A stretch of 64,000 nucleotides of DNA, taken from positions 16,340,912-16,404,911 of the forward strand of contig NC_092675.1 of NCBI RefSeq assembly GCF_964355755.1, in the 5' to 3' direction. The notes under the pieces are model-generated. The model saw only the letters and a list, made by a program, of their open reading frames with translations, searched no databases and was not told the DNA's origin. The position numbers and the translations under genes are program-made. Position 1 is the first letter of the stretch; every line of letters begins with the position of its first letter. This document shows positions 13,451-25,723 of this stretch, piece after piece. The stretch comes from Antedon mediterranea (Eukaryota; Animalia; Echinodermata).

Positions 13451-13710
13451 GCCAGTGCTAAATTTGCCAAATTTATTTGGTCCACTGGAGCAGTTACCGT
13501 AGTACTATTTCTATTTCGGAAGTAATAAAGGCATAAATGGCGCTCCGTAGAAGTAGACAATGCTCCATCGTCGAAATGACGCTCTGAATATACCTACCTC
13601 TCTACTGTGTAGGCTAGCCACCCTCTAGCTAGCTGCTAGCAGCAGCTTATTTTAGTTAGTTAGCCTTCCTCCCCTGGCCTGAGTGAGACTGCCTAGTAGC
13701 TATCCTAGAC

Positions 13711-14531
13711 CGGGATATGACCGGTTGGGCCGCCGACAAGTTGAGCCGCCGGTAATTTCTATGAAACGCCCAGTGCGTCTTTTACGACATTTCGCGTAGT
13801 GATAGAGGGGTGTCCTAGTACATAAGTTCATGGTCTTTAGGTTTATTGTGTCATGAAAATAAATAATAATTACATACTACAATTTTGTCGGTTTGAACCG
13901 CCATAACAACACATCAAAGGAAAGTAGTAATATTTAATAATTTAATTGTTTTTAATCTTTCAAGGTAAAAATGCAGTGCACTCCATAATATTTTTCTCGC
14001 GTAAAATCACGTTGTCTCTCAGGACTAATAGAGTATTGATACTCTTCGAATGAGGTTAAATAATTATTGTTTTTTATCTACTATCTTTTAATAATAATAT
14101 CATATTTTATTGAATTTTACAATGTTAATACACAAAATATTTTACTAAAAAACGGTGATTTTATGCAATTATTTTACCGAAAAATGGAGTAGGCCTAGTT
14201 CATACAACTGCCGCCTAAGGGGGCAACATGTTTACGTCATTTTTGGCTAAAAACGATCATTTTCGGTCATGTTTTAGGCCTTATATTTTGGAATCTACAA
14301 GTCAGATATTCATAATTATTTCTCTTTAATTATAATATTTAATAATATATACTAAAAACCGTGATATATAAACTTTGGAATATACATCGTTATATCTAAT
14401 AATTAATATAAATAGAACTTCTATTAAATAGAAACGAGCACCGGCGAAAGTAAGCATTTGGCGTTTCATAGAAAATAACGTTTTTCTGGCGGCGGCTCAA
14501 CTTGTCGGCGGCTCAACTTGGCCTAATCCCC
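13711..14531. mobile_element. MITE with ~55-bp imperfect TIRs and a 5-bp flanking direct repeat
   Basis: Left GTTGGGCCGCCGACAAGTTGAGCCGCC...TTTCTATGAAACGCC is mirrored by GGCGTTTCATAGAAA...GGCGGCTCAACTTGTCGGCGGCTCAAC. TAGAC flanks both sides (13706-13710, 14532-14536). Confidence 0.75.
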
Positions 14532-15825
14532 TAGACCTAGCTAGCCAGGCTTGGTCTACAGTATTTTATATTTTATTTTAAATATAGCCTAGTACTGTAC
14601 CTGACAGATGGGACAGATTTTTTTATTTTATAGGTTGCAGCAAAGTAAATAAAGGCATCCTTCAGCCAACTAGTTTTAGGAGGAGTAGTACGTAAACAAA
14701 ATTAGCTGCAAATCATCAAACTGTGAGTGCATGTGTGGCTGCTGGACACGCTTCCATGGCGCGCAAACACTGCAAAATGTCTAATATCGTGGATACATTT
14801 GAGACAAATCCTTCAAATTGTGATAACATTCTAAAACTTGGCACAGTTATTTATTGAGGTATCAAAAAACATAAAACGGAAGGGTTGCCCAAAATTTGGG
14901 TAAAGCGGCCATTTTGGATTTCAAAATGGCCGAAAACAATCCATCAATCATTAGAAAGAGAATAATAATACTGATCATTTTTATTCCATTATCCGATCAG
15001 AAAATGCATACTGCGCGCGTAGTTATTTAGCAATTAAACAAATCACGTGATCGGACCAATAAAAAGGTCAAATGGTCAAAATTTCATTTCACCAAATACT
15101 TTAGGGGGTCTACTGTTTGGTATTGTTTTATTAGAGAATATATTGCCACCTCGAGCAAAATACCATTCCCTCTGGGATATGATGTCAAATCTTATATTTC
15201 ACATCTAAGCAGGCAATAGGCCTATCTGTATATCATGTATGTATCATGTATGTATAAACATGAATGCAATGTATGGAGAGTGCAGTGCACTACGAGCAGG
15301 CGAGAAATGGATACTCCGCTTCCCTCCTTCAACCCATTTATAAATCATGTGACCCGTATTCACCGATATCACCCCCTTAAAATATAAGGGTATTTCCCTA
15401 AGTGAATGATGAATGCAACTGAATCCGCCCCCGATCGTTTTTACAGTTTAATTTACGTTGATTATAGGCCTACACTGTTGTGTACATGGCCGGAACGGAT
15501 AATAATTGTGTTGTTTGTTTCAATTCAGACAGGCACCAGGAACATAAAATTCAAGAACGAAATGGTAGTCATGCCAGAAATTAATTCATTTCAATACATG
15601 ACTTTCGGTTTTCACGCTTTTTAGCGTTTAATGAATTAAAAACGAAACTACCGTCCCTAAAACAACAAGGAAATAGTTTTATAGGCCTATATTAATATTG
15701 AAAGTATGATAGAATACTGCAGTCAACAGCAAGGACCTTGATTTCAGGTTTACAGTCGGAGGAATAAAACGTAGTTGTAATTTTCTATCACACATCAATA
15801 CTTTCGACGTAAGTAGTGTGTTTAA

Positions 15826-16787
15826 AGCTTGGTTCCCACTAGTACATAACGCAAAGACGTAAACGCAACGCAAGCGATTTAAATCTTGGTTCCCACTAGA
15901 ACGTAACGCAAGGACGTAAACGCAACGCAAGCGTTTTAACCAATGACAAGCGAAGTTGTTATAGACAGTTAAGCGTGGTTCCCACTAGCGACGCAACACA
16001 AGGACGTAACGCAACGCAAGTGAATTGACCAATCACAAGCCATGGCTTATTCGCTTGTGATTGCTAACTGTCTATAACTTCGCTTGTCATTGGTTAAAAC
16101 GCTTGCGTTGCGTTTACGTCCTTCATTACGTTCTAGTGGGAACCCGGAGCTTAAAGCGTGGTTCCCATTAGCGACGCAACGCAAGGACGTAACACAACGC
16201 AAGTGAATTGACCAATCACAAGCGATGGCTTATTCGCTTGTGATTGCTAACTGTCTATAACTTCGCTTGACATTGGTTAAAACGCTTGCGTTGCGTTTAC
16301 GTCCTTGCGTTACGTTTTAGTGGGAACCAAGCTTTAGCAATCACAAGCGAATAAGCCATCGCTTGTGATTGGTCAATTCACTTGCGTTGCGTTACGGTAC
16401 GTCCTTGTGTTGCGTCGCTAGTGGGACCACGCTTAACCAATGACAAGCGAAGTTATAGTAGACGGTTAGCAATCACAAGCGAATAAGCCATCGCTTGTGA
16501 TTGGTCAATTCACTTGCGTTGCGTTACATCCTTGTGTTGCGTCGTTAGTAGGAACCACGCTTAAAGGGCGCGCCTATAAACCGGACTAAAGCTTGGTTCT
16601 CATAGCGACGCAACGTAACGCAAATGCCCTTCAAATAATTGTGTTTGCCCCCGCCTGCGTGAAATCAACCTGCGATGTTTGCAGCACTATTGCGTCGTCG
16701 GTTTCCACTTGTGATTACGCAATACGGCACGTTGTGTCGATACGTCAGTGCGTTGCGTTACGTTGCGTCCTAGTGGGAACCACGCCT
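15826..16787. mobile_element. Cluster of ~180-bp PIF/Harbinger-type MITEs, self-nested
   Basis: TIR AGC(T/G)TGGTTCCCACTAG with TAA/TTA 3-bp TSDs. Copies: 15826-16561 (outer), 15883-16433, 15972-16151, 16155-16333, plus a related copy at 16590-16787. Confidence 0.82.
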
Positions 16788-17455
16788 AACTGTTCTCCCC
16801 CCCCCCCCCCCCACTATGTTACGCCTGTCGTAAACTTGATTATCGATTCTCCATAGCTAAAGTTTAATTTTAGGCCTATGGCCTATATGTATGTCGATTG
16901 TCGGACCAGCGGTGGCACCAGGATCTTGCTAAATTCCCGACTGGGGGGAGGGGATATGCGAGTGAAGCGAGCATCAATAGGCTGGGGGCAGGGGCCGCCA
17001 AGGGTCCCAGGTTCTAGCGTAATTTGAGGCCGTTTTAATCAGATTTAGGGTAGCCAACTTTTCCATTTTGTATGGTACATAAATAGAATATTGTGTGAAC
17101 AACACATTGCACGAGGCCCGATGGGTAGAGCAAGGCAAGAGCGAGGCAGGGAAGGCAAGCGAGTTAAGTCAGAAATGTATGCGAGGCATCGTTTTAAAAT
17201 CATCAAAAAAATGCGAGGCATCATTCTATCATTTCCCAAAATTGCGAGGCATGGAAATCACCGAAATTGAAGTATCCTAGGCCCGCTAGTTCCATTTTGC
17301 ACATGCCTTGTATTTTAACTCGAAATGTGTTAACCAACTTTATCCTGAATACCACACCTTAGAATTAGTAGGCCTACTTTAATCAGTGCGCGAGAAACAC
17401 GCCTGTAAAATCATTAATTTAAGGATGTATTTGTTAATTTTTATGTGATTCTTCT

Positions 17456-18272
17456 TCTAGATCTAGAAAAGTCAAATATCATCTGACTTTTTGAGATCTA
17501 GAAAACTCAGATATCAATATATGGGTTTTCTAGTTCCAGAATGGAACTAGAAAACTCAGATCATTAACGTTGAACCTTGAATTGAGTTTGCTTAGCTATA
17601 GGCCTAAATGCTAAGCCTACATTTTGAAAGGTGTACAGTATACTGTAGTTCTTTATGATTTAAGTCGTGTAGGCTGCTACTACAAGTTACAATAATTAGG
17701 TGATCATTTAGAATAAACTTGAGTCTGTTCTGATTTTAAATAACGCTATACGAGCAGGTTAAAAATGACAAAATGTGCAAATTAATTGCATCAAAGTGCT
17801 GAAAATGGTAAAAATAAGGCATTTTTAAAATGAAAATAATTCTTCAGAATGCACGATGACCCCCAATTTTGTTAACTTATTCTGGAAGCTAATGAGTTGT
17901 AGATATAAACTCATGTACACATTTTACATACAAAATGTTGTGACGTCATCAAATGGCCACTTGAATTTAAAATTAAGTTTTTTTTCTCTTTCGTCATATT
18001 TTATCACATTCAATAGAACGCATCTCTGTTATTTTGTGCACGATTTTCGCTCAAATTTGAGTATGTGATTGCTCAATTAATTGACTTTCTCATGACTTGC
18101 CACCATTTTTATTTTGATACGTCATCACGCGTAAAACCTTGAATATTAACGTAGGTCGTGTAATTTCTCCTTCGCCGTAAATTTGAATATCTTACAGCTC
18201 TTCAGAATTGAAGGTTACCTTGATGATTATAATTTATTATGAAAGCTGATGAAATGTAGATATGAATTCAAA

Positions 18273-18308
<36 letters not shown>

Positions 18309-19036
18309 AATAAATGTGTGTTGTGTGTTGAAGTTAAAAAGTAGTTATTTCATCTTTTTTGTAAAAGTTATACAAATTTCAAAGAGCGCGCACAGCGCTT
18401 CTACGTGCCAAATTCTCTTCCAATTCTTATATTTATTTGCTCAATTCATTATCTTTCGAAATTGTCATCTTGGAGTTTAGTTTGATAATTCCATCATACC
18501 AAAAAATCAGAACTTGATGTGTGTCCCGTAATTTCACCTATGCTACACTGTATATAGATTTACATTATATACTGTACATTGTATATGGCATATAATAGGC
18601 TCAACTCAACACTATAAGCGTATAATAGGATGGCATACTTCAACATTTTCTGATCGTATGTTAACGTACATGCATGTAAACAAAAAATTAATTTCAGTAA
18701 AATGATAAAAATGATCACCTACAATTCGTCAAAGTGACGAATTAAATTCTAGTTATTATTATTATTGGTAAGAAAACGTATAATACTGTGTAGTATTTCA
18801 AATATGCTACCCTCTAATAATAATGGAACGATCCATTTGATGATCTGGGTTTTCTAGTTCCATTCTGGAACTAGAAAACTCAGATCTTGATATCTGAGTT
18901 TTCTAGATATAATCATGGATTAAAGAATATTCTTTAATCCATTATAATAATAGAAAAGTCAGATATCTGAGTTTTCTAGATCTAGAAAACTCAGATATAT
19001 CTGAGATCTGAGTTTTCTAGATCTGAGTTTTCTAGT
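17456..19036. repeat. Inverted arms of a palindromic TCTAGATCTAGAAAACTCAGATATC repeat family, enclosing Helitron family B
   Basis: 17456-17562 is inverted relative to 18838-19036; the same motif array occurs at 52182-52308. Confidence 0.6.
17690..18752 (+). mobile_element. Helitron-like non-autonomous element, family B
   Basis: Ends AATTCGTCAAAGTGACGAATT-AAATT-CTAG|T (18723-18753). 18089-18752 is homologous to 6828-7480. 5' boundary uncertain. Confidence 0.6.
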
Positions 19037-19057
19037 CACCCAATGATTTTTACTGTA

Positions 19058-20502
19058 TCTATATTATAAGTGAGAGAGTTTGTCTGTTTGTCTGTTTGTT
19101 CGTTATACAAAATTGTGTTACTGCACGTAATCTTACATATGGGGTATCAAAATGACCGCAATTGTACCGGGAATGTTCTAAGCTATATTTCAACATCATC
19201 CGCCACCTAGGATCCATGTTAGGGACCAAAATGTGGTCAAAACCCCCACTTTCGATGTTTGTTCGTTATAAAAATTTCTGTGTCTGCACGTAACCATACG
19301 TATGGGGTATCAAAATGATGGCAATTGTACCCGGAAGGTTTTAAACTACATTTAAAAAAATTCCCCCGACTCCTGGGGTTTTTGTGGAATGGGTGGGGGG
19401 GGGGGTGGTTGTGTGGTGGTTTGTGATGTCATTTTTGCTAGGGCTCGGGGTTGTAGGCTATCGAATTGTAAAATTATACTACAAAAGTTTTACAGTATTT
19501 GAATTATCCTCAGCAAGGCGTTTGGGGAAATATAGATATAGCTATACATATTTCATTCATTAAACAATATGACACCTATTCAATTACACATTTAGCAAAG
19601 TACTTTAACCATATCCAGCTATTTGTTGGTCTCTTGGATTGCCTCATTACAGACATCCATACCTGTGTGAACATACACATGTTGTTTACTGTTACTGTGT
19701 TCAACTACATCACCAATCCTCCAAGGAAAAAAACGTACATTGTGGGAGAGTGGGGTTGGGAGATAGGGTTTGGGAGTTTGGTTTCAGGAGAGAGTGGGGA
19801 TTTTGCTTACACCAGAATTGTGGTTGGAAACTTTTAAAGTATTTAATCATCCCTGGGAAGCGGATGGGAGTTTGGGGTGGGGATGTACATCTAGGCCTAT
19901 CACCATGACCGAAACTGTATTTGGAATGTTTTAAACTACATTTGAAAACTGCCACTGAGGGATTATGGGTTGGGAGTGATAATAATATAAATTGTACTGG
20001 AACCGGCTTCAACAGATCACCCAGTGTATTTGGCGTGTGTTTTTTGTAGAGGGAGGAGGAGCGAAAATACTAGCGTAATGAAGTAGCCTATATGATTGGA
20101 TTGTACTAGGAAAAGTTACTAAATTTGAACTGTCCAGGGGAGGAGTTAAGGTTTGTTGGTGGTGGCTGGGGTGGTGAAAGGAGAAAGAAGGCTGGGTGCC
20201 CGCAGTATCTAAATTACAAATTTTAATTATCAGCCAATATGACACCTATTCATTTACACAATTTACAACGTCCTACAACCATTATTAGACCCATCGTAGT
20301 TATGAATACTCCTCTCAATTCGAAGCTTAGGTTGAATTGAATTTGTCCATCACTGGGAAGATTTTGTTTTTAAGAAAGAGTATGGGGTGTTGTTGAGGGG
20401 TCGATGTTGGTGAGTATAGACAGATACTGGCGTCGGGTGTTATGTACTGAGAAGGCTGTAAACTAATTTTGAAACCCGCCCTGGGGCGGGTATAATTGCT
20501 AG
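19058..20502 (+). mobile_element. Non-autonomous Helitron, family A, copy 1
   Basis: A|TCTATATTATAAG 5' end; 3' hairpin CCCGCCC-TG-GGGCGGG followed by CTAG. Confidence 0.88.
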
Positions 20503-21890
20503 TCTATATTATAAGTGAGAGAGTTTGTCTGTCTGTCTGTTTGTCTGTCTGTTTGTTTGTTTGTTTGTTCGTTATACAAATTTTTGTTACTGCACATAAT
20601 CTTACATATGGGGTATCAAAATGACCGCAATTGTACCGGGAATGTTCTAAGCTATATTTCAACATCGTCCGCCACCTAGGATCCAAGTTAGGGACCAAAA
20701 TGCGGTCAAAACCCCCACTTTCGATGTTTGTTCGTTATACAAATTTCTGTTTCTGCACGTAACCATACGTATGGGGTATCAAAATGATGGCAATTGTACC
20801 CGGAAGGTTTTAAACTACATTTAAAACAATTCCCCCGACTCCTGGGGTTTTTGTGGGAGGGGTGGGGGGGGGGTGGTGTGGTGGTTTGTGATGTCATTTT
20901 TGCTAGGGCTCGGGGTTGTAGGCTATCGAATTGTAAAATTATACTACAAAAGTTTTACAGTATTTTAATTATCCTCAGCAAGGCGTATATAGATATACAT
21001 ATTTTATTCATTAACCAATATGACACCTATTCAATTACACATTTAGCAAAGTACTTTAACCATATCCAGCTATGTATCGGTCTCTTGGATTTTCTCATTA
21101 CAGACATCCATTCCTGTGTGAACATACACACGTTACTGTGTTCAACTACATCACCAATCCTCCAAGAAAAAAACGTCAATTGTGGGAGAGTGGGGTTGGG
21201 AGATAGGGTTTGGGTTCAGGTGATTTTGCTTACACCAGAATTGTGGTTGGAAAATGTTAAAGTATTTAATCATCCCTGGGAAGCAGATGGGAGTTTGGGG
21301 TGGGGATGTAGGCCTATCACCATGACCGAAACTGTATTTGGAATGTTTTAAACTACATTTGAAAACTGCCACTGAGGGATTATGGGTTGGGAGTGATAAT
21401 AACATAATTTGTACTGGGGTGTAGTGTAGTAGGGGGAGGAGGATCGAAAATACTAGCGTAATGAAGTAGCCTATATGATTGGATTGTACTAGGAAAAGTT
21501 ACTAAATTTGAACTGTCCAGGGGAGGAGTTAAGGTTTGTTGATGGTGGCTGGGGTGGTGAAAGGAGAAAGAAGGCTGGGGGACCGCAGTATCTAAATTAC
21601 ATATTTTAATTATCAGCCAATATGACACCTATTCATTTACACAATTTACAACGTACCATTTAACCATTATTAGACCCATCGTAGCTATGCATACTCCTCT
21701 CAATTCGAAGCTTAGGTTGAATTGAATTTGTCCATCACTGGGAAGAATTTGTTTTTAAGAAAGAGTATGGGGTGTTATTGAAGAGGCGTGGAGGTTGGCG
21801 AGTATAGACAGATACTGGCGTCGGGTGTTATGTACTGAGAAGGCTGTAAACTAATTTTGAAACCCGCCCTGGGGCGGGTATAATTGCTAG
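20503..21890 (+). mobile_element. Non-autonomous Helitron, family A, copy 2 (head-to-tail with copy 1)
   Basis: TC start immediately after the CTAG of copy 1; same hairpin and CTAG|T end. Confidence 0.88.
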
Positions 21891-22889
21891 TATGATATAA
21901 AGTACTCGCGGGTTGTTAGGGACCCCGACGGCGCCACCACTGTGTCGGACGAGTCTTTTCACACGCGCTCAAGAATTCTCTGCAATTTTATTGATTGGCA
22001 TCAGTTACCTTTTATTCACCGCCAGTCATTGAACTTTCCCTGGCCATCGCTGTTCACTTTTTTTCTGCGTGAGAGGTACACGTGTTGATTTTCTAGAGAA
22101 TGGAAATGTCAAAAATGTCTTTGGCACGCCGTTCAGAGAGAAGTCTGTGCGTTTAAACCACGTGCTATTATAGGAGGCCGAATCGTGCCAAGAAGAGGCG
22201 CGGGGGTGTGACTGACAAAATATTATACTTTCACTCATGTTGAATTAATTGTAAAGTGAACACCCTCAAAATGCCAATCAAGAATTGCACTGGGTCATTC
22301 GATGTGTGTCACTATAGTAATTATTGTTTATCGGAAGACTGTCAGATACAAACATAAAAATAAACAACATGTTGAGTGTATACACGACACGAATCTATTT
22401 AGATATAGGCATCTAGCCTATTATAAAAATATAAATAATTGATTTATATAATATATTAATATCATAGCATAGTAGCACGTTACTATATGCCTCGTACTTT
22501 TTTTAAATCGAAACTATGCCTCGTATCATGCTTCGCACTTTTGAAAATGATAAAATTATAGATCTCGTGAAAATGCAATTTTAGTTGTTACTTCGAGACT
22601 GCTCGCTGGCTTTTGAAAATTGTCTCCTATTTTTTTAACACTAGCAACTCTGAAAACAATATTTAAAAAGTGGTCCAGAATTGGAAAACTGGTTCGAATT
22701 GCCTCCAAAATTTAATGGAGTGGTCCTTGACCACATATCTGTATTTTCATTTTGGTAAAGATCTTGCAGTTACTTTTTGAGTACCGTAATCCTGCTAACA
22801 AACAGACACATGCGATTGACTACATACCTCGTTGTAAACAATGTGTATAATAAAACTATTTAACTGGCACCTGTTTTGTATTTCCACAG

Positions 22890-23789
22890 ATGGCAGCGTC
22901 GTCAAATTACGAAAGCACTCATTTGCTGAGCATCGAGCCAAACACCTACTGGTCAAATACCACCGGCCAAGTTACGTCTTCTGATCCTGTTGATGTCGAA
23001 TTTGACATCGATGGAAACATTCTTGTCTGCAACGCAACCGATGAAATTTTAAGATTTAGTCAACAAGGCAAATTTCTCTCCCGCTTTTCCGTTGGTCTTG
23101 ACAGAAAAATAAGGGGAATGTCGTGCAACGAAAAAGATGAAATTTTTATGACCGATGGCAACGCAAAAGAAGTAATAGTCTGTGATGATGAGGGTAAGGT
23201 AACGTCCAATATTTCGGTACTTGATCCTTCGGAAAATAAGGAGAAGGTGAATATCAGAGGATTGGTTGTTTCAGACAAAAGCGGAGAAGTGTTTGTGATC
23301 GTGGATTACCAAGTTCGACGACTAAAAAAAGACGGGAAATTATTGAACAAGATAGGCATCAATGATACAGGTTCATATTATAGAACGGGGAAATTAGAGG
23401 GTCCTTGTTACATAGCCTTAGATGAGAACCAAAATGTACTTGTAAATGATGGCAACCAGAAACGTGTACAAGTATTTCGACCGGACGGTCAATTTGTCCG
23501 CTCTTTACGAGGAGGCCGCCAAATTGAGAGACCGCATTTGGGATGTTTTGATGTACCGGGCGGTATTGCCGTTTTTGAAAACGGAAGTGTAGCCGTTGGT
23601 TGCCAGAGAGGGTTGTTTGTTTGTAAAAATAAATCGTACGGGCCCGTAATCCGTAGGTTTGACGATGAAAACAGTTCGAATAGCATTATGGGTACTAAAG
23701 GTATTGCTACATATCGTAATGTTATGGCAGTTGCGATAACCGTACGAAGTGCCGAACCTACCATTGAGCTATTTAAATATGATTATTAG
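22890..23789 (+). CDS. NHL-repeat (six-bladed beta-propeller) protein, TRIM-NHL C-terminal-like, paralogue 1
   Basis: 299-aa ORF with NHL-like blades (PVDVEFDIDGNILV, GPCYIALDENQNVLVNDGNQKRVQVFRPDGQFVR, FDVPGGIAV). The ATG is directly preceded by acceptor TTTCCACAG. Confidence 0.82.
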   Translation: MAASSNYESTHLLSIEPNTYWSNTTGQVTSSDPVDVEFDIDGNILVCNATDEILRFSQQGKFLSRFSVGLDRKIRGMSCNEKDEIFMTDGNAKEVIVCDDEGKVTSNISVLDPSENKEKVNIRGLVVSDKSGEVFVIVDYQVRRLKKDGKLLNKIGINDTGSYYRTGKLEGPCYIALDENQNVLVNDGNQKRVQVFRPDGQFVRSLRGGRQIERPHLGCFDVPGGIAVFENGSVAVGCQRGLFVCKNKSYGPVIRRFDDENSSNSIMGTKGIATYRNVMAVAITVRSAEPTIELFKYDY

Positions 23790-24101
23790 GTTATGTGGGC
23801 TAAAAAAGTAAATAAATGAATAAAGGCGACTTTAAAAATGGAATGTTTGACTAAATAATTAGTAATGCAGTTTTAGAATACCCAGTTATTTTACTATTTT
23901 ATGTGAGGTGTACGGGAGACTTACTTTGTGTATTTAATGTGTACGCATATAAGTTTAAATGCGGAAAGGTCACATTATTGCAGTTGATGGTTAAACGTTG
24001 AAGCCATATTAATTTCTATCCATACAACAAGGAGAACAGAAAACAATTTAAATAGTTTTTATCATAATTAACTATTATATTAGTCTTTGCCATATTTAAA
24101 A

Positions 24102-24392
24102 CTAGCAATTATACCCGCCCCAGGGCGGGTTTCAAAATTAGTTTACAGCCTTCTCAGTACATAACACCCGACGCCAGTATCTGTCTACACTCACCAACCT
24201 CCACCCCTCTTCAATAACACCCCATACTCTTGCTTAAAAACAAATTCTTCCCAGTGATGGACAAATTCAATTCAACCTAAGTTTCGAATTGAGAGGAGTA
24301 TGCATAGCTACGATGGGTCTAATAATGGTTGAAGTACGTTGTAAATTGTGTAAATGAATAGGTGGCATATTGGCTGATAATTAAAATATGTA
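24102..24392 (-). mobile_element. Helitron family A 3'-end fragment
   Basis: Reverse complement of ~21595-21890, including the hairpin and CTAG. Confidence 0.88.
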
Positions 24393-24396
24393 CCTC

Positions 24397-25723
24397 TGAC
24401 ACAATACTCCCCGTAGGACAACTACTTCCTGGACAATACTCCGAGGGAAAATAATCTTTTAGGACAACTACCTCCGTAGGACAACTAACCCCTGAACAAC
24501 TACCATCCAGAAAACTATCCCTTTAAAACAACTACCCCCCGGATGGACAACTACCACCCAGGCCATTCAACAACCTGACTCTGCAACAGCGTATAATAGG
24601 AATTAATAAATATATTTTAATTCGTTACTTTGACGAATTACTATTCATTATTGTAAACAAAGTAAAAGATTGAACATAAATATAGCCTGGTATAAACTGA
24701 AGATTGTCACACATGATCATAGGATAGTCGAACGTATTATATAGTACTCCCTGTATTTACTGTAAAGACTGGGTTCGCTAATAATAATAATAATTTTTGC
24801 GTCAGGACAATGCTTCGATAACCACTGGTCTTAAAAGAATTAATTTTTGTCTCAAATTTGTCATTTGTATTTTTGTACACTTGAAGAATAATATCACTTT
24901 TGATATTTGACCTCAATGTTCACTCACCGAATAAACGGCGATCTTTAAATAAATTCCCCTCAAATAAACGGTGACCATGTCACTCCCATGACACATCATA
25001 TGGAATAATCGGCGTCTATTTCCATTAGATTATACCCCCTCCCATTGAATAAACAACTTTCTTCCAATAAATGTCCACCTAAAAACCACCTAAACAATAA
25101 ACAGCCCAGGCCGTTTTTTCAATAAATACGGTACTTTAAATCTAGCACATCTAGGGTCTAGCGTGCTGTTAAACAGAATAATCGGTTAAAAACGGGTGTT
25201 TCGAAACTAGAGACCCGAGACCAGAGACCAGAGACCCGAGACCCAATACGAAAAGGGAGACCTAAATATACGAAAAGGGAGACCCACGTACGAAAAGGGA
25301 GACCCCACTATACGAAAAGGGAGACCCCACTATACGAAAAGGGAGACCCTAATATACGTATTGGGTCTCGTTTCAGGTCTCTGGTCTCGGGTCTCTAGTT
25401 TCGAAACACCCGTTAAAAGCAGATGATTTCATTTTTACAGAAACCGGTCCTATATATTTGTCTACTTTTAGATTGGGGGGGGGGGGGTAGTTGACCGGGG
25501 GTAGTTGACCGGGGGGTAGTTGTCCTAAGGGGGTAGTTGTCCTAAGGGGGTGGTTGTCCGGGGGTTAGTTGTCCGGAGGGGTTGTTATCCTAAGGGGGTA
25601 GTTGTCCTAAGGGGGTAGATGTCCGGGGGGTAGTTGTCCGGGGGGTAGTTGTCCTAAGGGGGTAGTTGTCCGGGTGGTAAACATCCGGGGGGTAACTGTC
25701 TAGGGGATAGGTGTCCTAGAACC
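24397..25723. mobile_element. Non-autonomous DNA element with inverted GGACAACTACC / GGTAGTTGTCC subterminal repeat arrays
   Basis: GGACAACTAC repeats at 24400-24560 are mirrored by GGGGTAGTTGTCC repeats at 25484-25723. The left terminus appears lost. Confidence 0.65.
25194..25411. mobile_element. MITE with 9-bp TSD (Mutator-like)
   Basis: TIR GGGTGTTTCGAAACTAGAGACCCGAGACCAGAGACC; flanks GTTAAAAAC / GTTAAAAGC; five internal ~22-bp TACGAAAAGGGAGACC repeats. Confidence 0.78.

Larger units (their letters stand above)
7929..13595. mobile_element. Foldback-like DNA element with long inverted arms made of 97-bp tandem repeats (copy 1, interrupted by a LINE)
   Basis: Termini GAGGTATATTCAGAG...CTCTGAATATACCT. 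Left array 8061-8714 is inverted relative to right array ~12010-13450. The core (11720-11990) matches the core of copy 2 in reverse orientation. Confidence 0.8.

Noticed and set aside
6828-18752. Single 12-kb transposon with ~650-bp TIRs
   Set aside because: No TSD, the arms are diverged, and each ends in hairpin+CTAG|T; two independent Helitron-like copies are simpler.
19499-21628. Paired ORFs in the tandem duplication, or captured genes in the Helitrons
   Set aside because: Frames are not conserved between copies, and there is no Rep/helicase or recognisable host domain.
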